Of a stretch of DNA of 57,118 nucleotides, positions 48,415 through 57,118 are shown piece by piece. The notes under the pieces are model-generated. The model had not been told where the DNA came from. It did not search any database and was given only the letters and a program-made list of their open reading frames with translations. How positions within the stretch are numbered: position 1 is the first letter of the stretch; every line of letters begins with the position of its first letter. This stretch comes from an uncultured bacterium (GTDB lineage Bacteria > JAJVIF01 > JAPKYR01). The stretch spans positions 1 to 57,118 of the forward strand of contig CBDURU010000008.1 in NCBI GenBank assembly GCA_965369865.1, in the 5' to 3' direction. Made by a program: the position numbers and the translations under genes.

Positions 48415-49392
48415 TTGTCAGATCAAAAAACCATTAACCTGTTCCCAATCCGGTCGCACCATCCTCCAGGATGGGATCGACAAATTTATAAACCCATCTC
48501 ACATGTCTGGATATATAATAGAGACGCAATGAGAGCGGCACAGACATCGGGACTACCAGGCATTCTCTCACTGTTTGGTTCCGGCAGGGGATCACCACCG
48601 CGCGAGATTTTTGAATATGCCTACCGGAGAATCTGGGCGGGGAACGGACTCTGGATTTTCGAGACGGTGTTATGGTGCATCGCCGGAGCATATTTAGGGT
48701 TCAGGTTATTTGATCTGCCTGGTTACCAGCTTGATATGATTCTTGAGAGATTTTGCCGTTATGGGTTACCGGCTTTAACACCGATTATTATTGGAATCGC
48801 GATTTTTAAAGCACAGGTGAATATCGGAACAGGTGATGTATCGCTACGGGGAGTACCGTTGAGTGGGTCTCAGGTGCTGGGCCCAAGGTTTCTGGCTGTG
48901 TTCGTGACCTGGATCCAGATTATGACACCAATGATAGTTGTTCTTTATGCTTTTAACCTGGGAATGCTCAAAGAATTATCCAGCTTCTTGGACAATCCTC
49001 TCCAGATTCAGTCTACCAGATATCTTTTTGTTGACTGGCTCAGTGCAGGCAGAAATTCAGATATCCCTGAATTCGTTACCACGGGTGATTTAACTCCTAC
49101 GGTGTTCCTTTGTTTTCAAGCCATCGGTTGGGGATTACTGCCAATCTCATGGGGACTAATGTGGGCTACTATCTATCAAAGACGTGGTGGGCCTTTCATC
49201 CTCGCATATATTCTTTATCTACTGATCCCCGGAATCATTTTTGCACTTATTAACTGGTATTTTTACAATTTAGAATTTTTCAACACTTATATATTCTGGA
49301 CTCTGGTAACCACAACTGTGATTGGGACCTTATTGCTATCATGGGTGTTCTACGGGGTCACTTGCAGGATATGGGACAGGAGGTCAGGATGA
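48415..49392 (+). CDS. polytopic membrane protein (ABC-2 permease-like)
   Basis: About 6 TM segments, VPLSGSQVLGPRF loop; start uncertain. Confidence 0.5.
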   Translation: MSDQKTINLFPIRSHHPPGWDRQIYKPISHVWIYNRDAMRAAQTSGLPGILSLFGSGRGSPPREIFEYAYRRIWAGNGLWIFETVLWCIAGAYLGFRLFDLPGYQLDMILERFCRYGLPALTPIIIGIAIFKAQVNIGTGDVSLRGVPLSGSQVLGPRFLAVFVTWIQIMTPMIVVLYAFNLGMLKELSSFLDNPLQIQSTRYLFVDWLSAGRNSDIPEFVTTGDLTPTVFLCFQAIGWGLLPISWGLMWATIYQRRGGPFILAYILYLLIPGIIFALINWYFYNLEFFNTYIFWTLVTTTVIGTLLLSWVFYGVTCRIWDRRSG

Positions 49393-50387
49393 GGAAGCGG
49401 AGATACCTGATCCCGTTAGTTGTATTTACAGTTTGCACGGCTATTGCTTTTTCGATTGTGATTTCCCGACGTTTGGCGGTAAGGCAGATGTTTAATGATG
49501 CCGGGAGGGATGGAAAACCAGTTGTATTTTTTCAATCCTTTGATGCTTATCAGTTTGAAAATTACGTGGTTTCTTTAGACCATAAGCCTGTTGAGTTATT
49601 CTCAAGAAGTCTTGGTCCATTTATGATGTGCCCTTATTTTACTGAGAATGGATCACTGCACTTCCTGAAATCTAAATCAAACGCACGATTATTTGAGCAT
49701 TGGACGCTGGCTTTTCCTGACATACAAGCAAAACTGACTGACAGTTGGGAGTCCGATTTCTTCCATGAGAATGATTCTATGTTTTTTACCTACACTAACC
49801 AGCAGTACGTAGTCTGGGCGGATCTGGATGATTTTCAAATAATTGACTTCGCTACTGGTGAAAACACAAAACACGCATTTGAAAGGCAAAGGCCCTGGCC
49901 GTTTCGCAATTACAGACTAGGCCACTCTGAATATTATAAAATTTCACCTGATCTTACTGTTATTGTTGCCCGTGAAAGATATTCTACAGATATTTGGAAC
50001 ATCTGGAGGTATGACATACCTGTTGGGGTCTGGTCACTCGTGGTCGAAAAACAGAGTGGGTACATCCTCAACGTGGGGCCGGAAGGTAAGGTTATTGGTT
50101 TAGGAAATGACAGAATCGGCCCAAGTGAAACTATTTTTGTCGACGGATTTACAGGTAATACCATTCACACAATTCAGTACAGTGTAAAATCAGCTATCTG
50201 TGAGAAATGGATCGTTTACAATCCTTTCCCAGGATTCAGGGATCTGGTTTTTATCGACATGGAGGATGACTGGAAGGAATACAGGATTACGCTGCCAACA
50301 AGGTCTGTAGAGAGAATCGTGGTATATGTACCTCCACAGGGTGGGGTTGAGGAGATGCTTCGAATGCGGGAAGAGGCTGGGGACTAA
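49389..50387 (+). CDS. membrane-anchored hypothetical protein, possible beta-propeller
   Basis: ATGA overlap with the upstream stop, N-terminal TM, ISPD motif. Confidence 0.6.
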   Translation: MRKRRYLIPLVVFTVCTAIAFSIVISRRLAVRQMFNDAGRDGKPVVFFQSFDAYQFENYVVSLDHKPVELFSRSLGPFMMCPYFTENGSLHFLKSKSNARLFEHWTLAFPDIQAKLTDSWESDFFHENDSMFFTYTNQQYVVWADLDDFQIIDFATGENTKHAFERQRPWPFRNYRLGHSEYYKISPDLTVIVARERYSTDIWNIWRYDIPVGVWSLVVEKQSGYILNVGPEGKVIGLGNDRIGPSETIFVDGFTGNTIHTIQYSVKSAICEKWIVYNPFPGFRDLVFIDMEDDWKEYRITLPTRSVERIVVYVPPQGGVEEMLRMREEAGD

Positions 50388-50447
50388 GGAAATAGCCAGT
50401 TCTCATTTTGCTGGCTTAATTATCCTCCCCTGCCGTATAATGAAACC

Positions 50448-50891
50448 GTGACCGGGCAACCGAAAGAATCTCTCGATCGATTCAAGCGAAGGGTCGCGTA
50501 TCTCGAAAAGCCGACCCAGACATCGCCACTTTTTTCAAAAGTTGGATGGCCGATGCTCGGTGCCGGAATTTTATTCTGGCTCATCGAAATATTCATGCCG
50601 GAAAGCCCGTTCATTTTAACGGTATTCGCGACCATCGGGGTTCTCGCCGGAATATTTTCCATCGTTCTGAGTTTCATCAGCGAGCACTCCGAAGGTGTCG
50701 AGGGCAAGGAACGGGACCGGTTGATCAGGGAGCGGACCGGTGTGGCAAGATGTCTTTACCTCGAAGGGAAAGTTCCGGACGGGAGAGGATTGGTCGGACG
50801 GTGTCGTTTGTACGATTTCGACATGATCAACCACCCGTATTGCATTTACTGCGGGGAGTACAGTTCATCGGAAGGCAAACCCGATGTGTAG
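50448..50891 (+). CDS. two-TM protein with C-terminal four-Cys cluster
   Basis: RCLYL...RCRLY...CIYC after two TM helices. Confidence 0.6.
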   Translation: MTGQPKESLDRFKRRVAYLEKPTQTSPLFSKVGWPMLGAGILFWLIEIFMPESPFILTVFATIGVLAGIFSIVLSFISEHSEGVEGKERDRLIRERTGVARCLYLEGKVPDGRGLVGRCRLYDFDMINHPYCIYCGEYSSSEGKPDV

Positions 50892-50934
50892 GTATAGAAT
50901 AAATTAATCATATTTAGCCACCAATAAAAACGAC

Positions 50935-51013
50935 AAACCGTAGAACAGCACGGCAGTGCGTCGAAAGGATTGTTTTATGGTGGAAGACGCACTGCCGGGC
51001 TGTTCTACGGTTT
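50935..51013. repeat. GTAG-type REP inverted pair (REPIN-like)
   Basis: AAACCGTAGAACAGCACGGCAGTGCGTC and its near-perfect reverse complement at 50986-51013. Confidence 0.8.
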
Positions 51014-51086
51014 TTTCATTTCTCACTTTAACCATAATCATCCGGAAACCTGTAAGGCCAATCACACAGAAATAACACTATGGAAT

Positions 51087-51118
51087 AAAAAAAAGCGGAG
51101 TCCGGTATCGGACTCCGC
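51087..51118 (-). terminator. intrinsic terminator
   Basis: Perfect 10-bp stem GCGGAGTCCG/CGGACTCCGC followed by T8 on the minus strand. Confidence 0.85.
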
Positions 51119-51143
51119 CTGGTATTTTAAAAGTAGATATTGT

Positions 51144-53006
51144 TTACGGAATATCATCCGGGAGGATCGGCAGGTAAATCACACCGAGATTAACAATCTC
51201 TCCCTTCTCAACGTAGATGTACTTCTCAAGGTACGTCGTAGGACCAGCACTGAGCTTGAGCGTGTGCGCACCTTCGGGTACCTGGTAGAGAATGAACTCG
51301 CCATCGGGATTAGTAACATTCGAAACGGCTTCGCCGACAATCGAGACGATTAAACCCGGAAGCGGTTCGCCGTAGAGTTTGTTTGACAGAACCGTGCCGG
51401 TAACCTGTCCAAACCCCGGAGGCTGAATACTGTCGCGAGTGAGATAGACATCGATCTGTGAGCTACCTCCCGCATTGACCGTTGTAACAAGGTTAGCTGA
51501 GAAGAACCCGTATTTTTCCACGACTACATTGTGAGTGCCGGATGGTACTGCCGGGAAGTAAAAATGGCCGTCCGGATCGGTGAATATCGCACCCTGTGGA
51601 TCGAAGGTCGACATAATAAAGATCGCTGCGTTGTTAATCGGGAGTTGGGTGTCCTTGTCGTAAACCCATCCCTCGATGGTCCCGTACTGGATCGATGAAC
51701 CGTATTCGTTTTGAATTACGAGTCCACCGTTCGCGATATCGGAAATGTAAATTGTTCCGAAGGCATCCACACAGATTGCCCCTGGCACCCAGGTATAGGC
51801 AGCGCCGAATTCACGGATGAAGTTACCGTCGTTGTCAAAAACCTGGACCCTGCCGTTGCCGGTATCGGAAATCAGGATGTTCTGGTTTCTCGGGTCGATT
51901 GCAACCGCTCTCGGTCCCTGGAACTCGCCGGGAAGTGTGCCCATGCCGTTCTGGCGTCCGCCGACAACCCTCTGTATGATAATTGGATCCGGGAACACAA
52001 CCGGGTCTGAGATCGCGATTGCGTCTCCATTCTGAACGACAAATACAAGCCGACTGAGAGCATCGAACTGGATGTCGGTGGTGCTGCTGACAGTCATGCC
52101 GGGCCGATCGGACATTCCGGACATTGAAAGCTGGTCCCAGATGATAGGTGAATTCTGGATAGCACATGCAGGGACAACCGGATACCGGGGTAGGAGATTC
52201 ATTTGGATAGTTGTGTAGTCAGACGCGTCGTAGTACACAACAAAATCAACGCCGCCTTCCCAGAACATATCCATCCCTGTCGGTGGAAGCGGTGCGGTTG
52301 GGTCATACGCAAGGATGCCGTCGAAATTAAACGGGACCTCATCGACGCCAGGCGGATCGGGCCATTCGACGTCCGGATCACCCTTACAGGTTGGAGTGAA
52401 CACTAACTGGAATAAGAAATTGGTGAAAGGATGATGTGTGATGCCCTGTGGAGCCTCCTCGCAGCTTACATATTCCGACGTGGAAACATAATCGACAGGA
52501 TTCCAGGGCGGGTTGCCCGGATCGGGAAGCCCGTCCCACCATGCATCGTTGCAATGGGCAAATCTTGGCGGAGCAACCCCTTGCTGTACATACTCATCGT
52601 CGTAATAGAATGTGGAATTACAAGCGTTCGGTGGACCGACAGCTATTATTCCCTTACCGGAATGGAATGCCGCGGAATAACTTGATGATATTATCCCGTA
52701 GTAAACCCCAGGATTTATGGTACGTTTGAACACACCATATGGGGTAAACACTTGGAGCCCGGTTCCTGTGGCAAATACAAGGTCACCGTCACCCTGAATG
52801 CCGATATCGAAAATAGCACCGGCAATGGAAGCGTGTGAGAACGGTGGAGTGATGGGAGGGTCGGCCGGATCACCAGTAGGATAGTCACCCTGGGGATCAG
52901 GGACGCTCGGGTCTACACCGTTATCGGGATTTTTACAGCCCCAGATCGCGAACATCATAATGACGGCCAGGCTAATCAGTAGGGTTAAGATGAAATATTT
53001 TCGCAT
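51144..53006 (-). CDS. lipoprotein with NHL repeats and two carboxypeptidase-regulatory-like domains
   Basis: Lipobox IWGC, GEFQGPRAVAID...ISDTGNGRVQVFD, GTIEGWVYD and GQVTGTV; AAGGAG before ATG 53006. Confidence 0.8.
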   Translation of the reverse strand: MRKYFILTLLISLAVIMMFAIWGCKNPDNGVDPSVPDPQGDYPTGDPADPPITPPFSHASIAGAIFDIGIQGDGDLVFATGTGLQVFTPYGVFKRTINPGVYYGIISSSYSAAFHSGKGIIAVGPPNACNSTFYYDDEYVQQGVAPPRFAHCNDAWWDGLPDPGNPPWNPVDYVSTSEYVSCEEAPQGITHHPFTNFLFQLVFTPTCKGDPDVEWPDPPGVDEVPFNFDGILAYDPTAPLPPTGMDMFWEGGVDFVVYYDASDYTTIQMNLLPRYPVVPACAIQNSPIIWDQLSMSGMSDRPGMTVSSTTDIQFDALSRLVFVVQNGDAIAISDPVVFPDPIIIQRVVGGRQNGMGTLPGEFQGPRAVAIDPRNQNILISDTGNGRVQVFDNDGNFIREFGAAYTWVPGAICVDAFGTIYISDIANGGLVIQNEYGSSIQYGTIEGWVYDKDTQLPINNAAIFIMSTFDPQGAIFTDPDGHFYFPAVPSGTHNVVVEKYGFFSANLVTTVNAGGSSQIDVYLTRDSIQPPGFGQVTGTVLSNKLYGEPLPGLIVSIVGEAVSNVTNPDGEFILYQVPEGAHTLKLSAGPTTYLEKYIYVEKGEIVNLGVIYLPILPDDIP

Positions 53007-53063
53007 TGCAAACTCCTTCATCAAATCGGCATATTTAAAAGGTCGGCAGAATGCGGCATGGCT

Positions 53064-54584
53064 TTAAGGGCCAAAACCTCCGCCGCCGCTGCCACCGGTA
53101 CCAGTACCTGATGGCATCGGATATAAGTAGAAATCAGCGTTAAAACTTGATCCGGGAAACAGGTTCCACCCAGCGTTAGGAGTGTCTTCACCCCATAATG
53201 GCTGAGGAAAAATGTATAACCCGGATGCTTCTCCAAGATCGATTAACTGGATATTCCTCAGGAAGCCTGTCGGAATCTCCATCCAATACATCCCACGGCC
53301 ATCGGTTAAAATATCTTCAGGCTTTACGCCACCATCTCCACCGAAAATCGTACCGGTTATTGGGTCACTGTCACAATAGAGTTGAGCCAGCGCAATGGGT
53401 ACGTTCTTATGCGTACGAACGGTTCCGAATACAATGCCGTTGCCGGCTGACTCTCGCTGCAACACTCCCATCTCGATAGCGAATTGGAAACCGAGGGTAA
53501 GATCGTGAACAACAATTACCTGCTCGTCGTTTATATTTAACCCGTTGTGAGTCCAGTTGGCGCTTCCTGTAACGACTACCGGATCGAGAATATTCAGCAC
53601 AACCGGGTTAATTGTCTCTGTAACATTTGTCGGGACATTAACCAGCATGAACTTGTGATTCATGGCATTGTAACCATACCAGCCGAATGAATTGTCAGTG
53701 AACCCAAAACCATTGGCAGCTACTACCATCATGGTTGGATCGGTAATCTGGTTCACCGCATACTGAATGCCGCCAAGTGAGTTTGAAAACTTGTCGAACA
53801 CTTCCGCAAGCAGGTTATCATTCGGGCCAAAATAGATTTCCACAAGGACCCCGATGTTAAATATATGATTAATTAATCTCTCCTTGTCCCCTCCAAACCT
53901 GTTCATATTAAACATCTGATCGAAATCGAACAGGAAGGCATCGGTGATTGTGGTAACACCATTGGGCCCTGAACCGTTTACATAAGTCTTAGGCGTATTG
54001 AAAATAAGGGTGTTATTGACCGATGTGTTAAATGAGTGATCCAGGAAATCCCCGGATGACGCCAGGACAAAGTGATCGTCGATGATCGCATATCGTGAGT
54101 GCACCTGCCTGACTTCACCGTCATCATCGGTTTTAATTGTTATGTTTCCAGCCTGGGTCAGTTGAGCGATAAATTTTGAATAGTCAGGCTTGGTGAAAAA
54201 TCCCTGTTCAGTGACGATATCGATCTTAATGCCTTTGTTGGCAAGACCTACAAGCCTAGTAACCATATCCTGATTCGATATCCTTGTACAGACAAGCTTG
54301 ATACTCTGGGTAGCACCGGTGAAGTGGTTCCAAAGATCGGTACTGGTTAAGGGATTAAGAACGGCAGCCCGGTACTGCTCGTTGACCAGGGGATCCGGCT
54401 CAACCTGTCTGAAAATCGGGTCGGTAATAACAAGGCCAACCGGCGATTTTGCCAGAGGATCTCTAAATGGGGGAAAGAATGTATCAGTGGGCCGTTCATC
54501 AGGATTCGAACAGGATGCGATTCCCGCTGCCAGGAACATCACACTTAGTAATATACCCCAGCTTATCATCAATTTAAATCTCAT
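53064..54584 (-). CDS. phospholipase D-superfamily lipoprotein (two degenerate HKD domains)
   Basis: Lipobox IASC; VHSRYAIIDD and MNHKFMLVN...TGSANWT. Confidence 0.8.
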   Translation of the reverse strand: MRFKLMISWGILLSVMFLAAGIASCSNPDERPTDTFFPPFRDPLAKSPVGLVITDPIFRQVEPDPLVNEQYRAAVLNPLTSTDLWNHFTGATQSIKLVCTRISNQDMVTRLVGLANKGIKIDIVTEQGFFTKPDYSKFIAQLTQAGNITIKTDDDGEVRQVHSRYAIIDDHFVLASSGDFLDHSFNTSVNNTLIFNTPKTYVNGSGPNGVTTITDAFLFDFDQMFNMNRFGGDKERLINHIFNIGVLVEIYFGPNDNLLAEVFDKFSNSLGGIQYAVNQITDPTMMVVAANGFGFTDNSFGWYGYNAMNHKFMLVNVPTNVTETINPVVLNILDPVVVTGSANWTHNGLNINDEQVIVVHDLTLGFQFAIEMGVLQRESAGNGIVFGTVRTHKNVPIALAQLYCDSDPITGTIFGGDGGVKPEDILTDGRGMYWMEIPTGFLRNIQLIDLGEASGLYIFPQPLWGEDTPNAGWNLFPGSSFNADFYLYPMPSGTGTGGSGGGGFGP

Positions 54585-54663
54585 CTAAATAACTCCTTTT
54601 CGGTCCAGAAACAGGAAATAAATAAATAATGCCGCTTGAGCGCAGCGGGATAAATATCATGCA

Positions 54664-55122
54664 TTACTCGTCCCATTGTGAATCCGGGGGACGAGCATTT
54701 TGATCGTCGTTTTCATGGTCTGGCAATGGATCCTCTCCCGGCGCCATCTCAAATCGAAATTCTCCTGTACCACCCGGAGTCAGTGCCCAGATCTGGCTTG
54801 GTGGGGTCCGGTACCCGGTTCGCCTGACTTCAATTTTGATCCGTCCGTTGGGAATATCGGTCCGGCTGAATGAACCGGCATCATTTGTTGTTGTAACAAT
54901 TACAACATTGCCGCTTCCAGTGGTATCCGTAGGAAATGGTGATGATGTGATAGTTACCGTAACATCCCCAAGGGGTGTATCCAATACCGTATTTATCACC
55001 AGCCCCGTTACTGTACCGACCGCTCTCGTTCCCAGAACATCACTGCTGCTGCCTGAGCATGCAGGAATCATGATCAGCACCAGGGCACATATAGCCAACA
55101 ACATAACTGAGTTACGGATCAT
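54664..55122 (-). CDS. small lipoprotein with carboxypeptidase-regulatory-like domain
   Basis: Lipobox IPAC, GTVTGLV...PLGDVTVTI...TTNDAGSF...IPNG...RTGY. Confidence 0.8.
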   Translation of the reverse strand: MIRNSVMLLAICALVLIMIPACSGSSSDVLGTRAVGTVTGLVINTVLDTPLGDVTVTITSSPFPTDTTGSGNVVIVTTTNDAGSFSRTDIPNGRIKIEVRRTGYRTPPSQIWALTPGGTGEFRFEMAPGEDPLPDHENDDQNARPPDSQWDE

Positions 55123-55338
55123 AAGACCACCTCGCGCAATAAGCGCTACGCATTATTATAATATAGATAAACCAAACTACTCACCAGCCCACTGGCTGGC
55201 GACCGCCATTTTAACACATGGTTATTAAAAATCAACTGGTCGACCATTTTCAACTGCGTGGATTCCCCAGCTTTACTTATATTTTTTTGATTTATCAATT
55301 CCTTAAACCTGTAACATTAGTCACCGAAAGGCTACATA

Positions 55339-55367
55339 ACGTTACCATAACTCACAAAACCTGTCAA
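55339..55367 (-). promoter_or_regulatory. sigma70-type promoter of the three-lipoprotein operon
   Basis: Minus strand TTGACA-N17-TAACGT with extended TG. Confidence 0.6.
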
Positions 55368-55568
55368 GGTATTATTCTGGATTTTTTTGAAATTTAAGGC
55401 GAAAAAAATCCAACCGCAAGATTGGGGCCGCACTGGTGGTGGTCGGCACTTTTTTTTCGTGCCGAACGTATCCTGTTAAAAGTGGACTATGTTAAAATGA
55501 TTTTTGGATTTGAGACTGCCTCCTGTGAAGTGGGAAGCAAGGGGAATTTGTTGTAGAATTGCCTGGTT

Positions 55569-57047
55569 ATGGCTGATAAGCCGACAATTTTATTCATCGC
55601 GATCGTTCCACCGTTTTACTCGCCGTCGGAGGTGAAAAATTACGGGCCGGAACGCACGTTCGAACTGATTCCGCACAAACATTCGGTGCTGGCATTAGTC
55701 GCTTGGCTGAGAGAACATGGCTGCGATGGTCGTTATGTCTGGATATTCCCCGAAGATAAATCCGGACCGCAGAAAATTGGGAAAGCCATAAAGGAATTCC
55801 AGCCCGACGCGATCGGTTTCAGCCTGGTTACAGAGGAAATGGTCAGCCATTATCCCGCGATCGAGGCAATCAAAAAAAAGCACCCCGACATCCCGGTAAT
55901 ACTTGGTGGCCCGCATGCCACTGCTGTACCCGTCGAAACATTAAATACGTTCCCCCTGATCGATTACGCCTGTATAGGCGAGGGTGAAAGGACACTCACC
56001 GAATGGCTGACCCTGATTCATGAGGGTAAAAGCAAATCGGAATTGATCAATGTCGCAGGAATCGCGTTCAGGGGAGATTCAGGTGAAATTATTGTTACCC
56101 CCCAGAGGGAGATGTTCGAAGATATTAACATCCTTCCGGATCCCGCGTTCGATTTGATCGTGAATCCAGAATCCCCGGCCGGTATAAAATCCGCGTTTCC
56201 AATTGTCGGATCATATGGATGCCGGTTCTTCTGCACATTCTGCGCCGCCGAACATGGGAAATATCGCTATATGGCTGCGGAGAGAATAGTCAATCAGATC
56301 CAGGAAGCCCGGGAGAAGTTCGGCGTCGAATATTTCGCGATCCGCGACAGCCTCTGGCCTCCATCCGCCGAATGGCTGGATGAATTCTGCGATCTTGTCG
56401 AAAGCCGTGGGCTGGACATCAAGTTTCATTTTGAAACCCGTGCCGGGATTTTGAGTGTCGATCAATGGCGACGGCTTAAAAAAATCGGTGCGCAGGCGGT
56501 AGCGGTAGGAGTGGAATCCGGTGATGAGGAAATGCTGATACGTATCAAGAAAGGAATCACGCTCGATATGATCAGGGAGACATTTAAGCACTTGCACGAG
56601 GTCGGAATACTCGGGGTCGCGTTTGTCATGTACGGAAACCAGGGCGAGACGCGTGAGTCGATACGGAAATCTGTCAAATTCATAATTGAAATCAACCCGG
56701 CGCTGCTTTCCCTCGCGACATTCCGTCCGTTTCCGGGCACCGAAGCGTTTGAATTTGTGAAGGAAGGGGATCGGGACTGGTGGATGAGGGGCCCGTACCC
56801 GTCGATCTGCGAACTCACGACAGATGAACTCCACCGGCTGAGAGGAGATACGCATATAAGATATCCCCTACGGTGGCGATACCTCCAGCAGAACGTTTTT
56901 GGCGGGAACCTGCCATCCGAATTCCGCGGTGTCTGCTGGCGATCGTACAAAGTGCACCTCAGAAAATATTTACTTGGGATAGGTGAAAGGTCGGGACTGC
57001 TTCGTCCTGTAATTCACGCGATGAAGAGGCTTGTTGAGAAAAAGTGA
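55569..57047 (+). CDS. B12-binding radical SAM protein
   Basis: ILGGPHAT and CIGEGE cobalamin-binding motifs, GCRFFCTFC, GVESG. Confidence 0.93.
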   Translation: MADKPTILFIAIVPPFYSPSEVKNYGPERTFELIPHKHSVLALVAWLREHGCDGRYVWIFPEDKSGPQKIGKAIKEFQPDAIGFSLVTEEMVSHYPAIEAIKKKHPDIPVILGGPHATAVPVETLNTFPLIDYACIGEGERTLTEWLTLIHEGKSKSELINVAGIAFRGDSGEIIVTPQREMFEDINILPDPAFDLIVNPESPAGIKSAFPIVGSYGCRFFCTFCAAEHGKYRYMAAERIVNQIQEAREKFGVEYFAIRDSLWPPSAEWLDEFCDLVESRGLDIKFHFETRAGILSVDQWRRLKKIGAQAVAVGVESGDEEMLIRIKKGITLDMIRETFKHLHEVGILGVAFVMYGNQGETRESIRKSVKFIIEINPALLSLATFRPFPGTEAFEFVKEGDRDWWMRGPYPSICELTTDELHRLRGDTHIRYPLRWRYLQQNVFGGNLPSEFRGVCWRSYKVHLRKYLLGIGERSGLLRPVIHAMKRLVEKK

Positions 57048-57067
57048 ACGGATACAACAGCTTTCAG

Positions 57068-57118
57068 GTGCGCCGACATTCCTGTCGGCATCCATCAATA
57101 AAAGCCGACAGGAATGTC
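57068..57118. repeat. REP inverted pair, truncated by the window end
   Basis: GCCGACATTCCTGTCGGC followed by the inverted copy GCCGACAGGAATGTC. Confidence 0.8.

Noticed and set aside
56211..56950. Long antisense ORFs (also 19254-19856, 31385-31924, 33965-34516 and similar)
   Set aside because: Shadows of well-supported genes on the opposite strand, with no motifs of their own.

Overview
Bacterial chromosomal window (no rRNA, tRNA or CRISPR seen) with about 50 credible CDS. It holds housekeeping genes (recF, tyrS, thiD, pilT, a cold-shock protein, yqgF-like, nagD-like), two surface-glycan clusters (Wzx-GT4-GT4-methyltransferase-GT-C-like; DegT-aldolase-Rossmann-PseG-like) and many lineage-specific lipoproteins. 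The best candidate for an undescribed system is an AT-rich three-gene cassette at 25694-27107: HEPN protein, degenerate MNT-like protein with a long C-terminal tail ending in -AA, and a SecB-like chaperone. This has the order and parts of a toxin-antitoxin-chaperone (TAC) system, but is built on a HEPN/MNT pair. Features missed by the ORF track include an htpX 3' remnant (8023-8160), a MITE inserted in the loop of a REP-like hairpin (24023-24162), several REP-like palindrome families (two supply the C-termini of neighbouring proteins), and two candidate small RNAs, one with an anti-Shine-Dalgarno motif. All family calls come from motif recognition by eye; no database searches were run.
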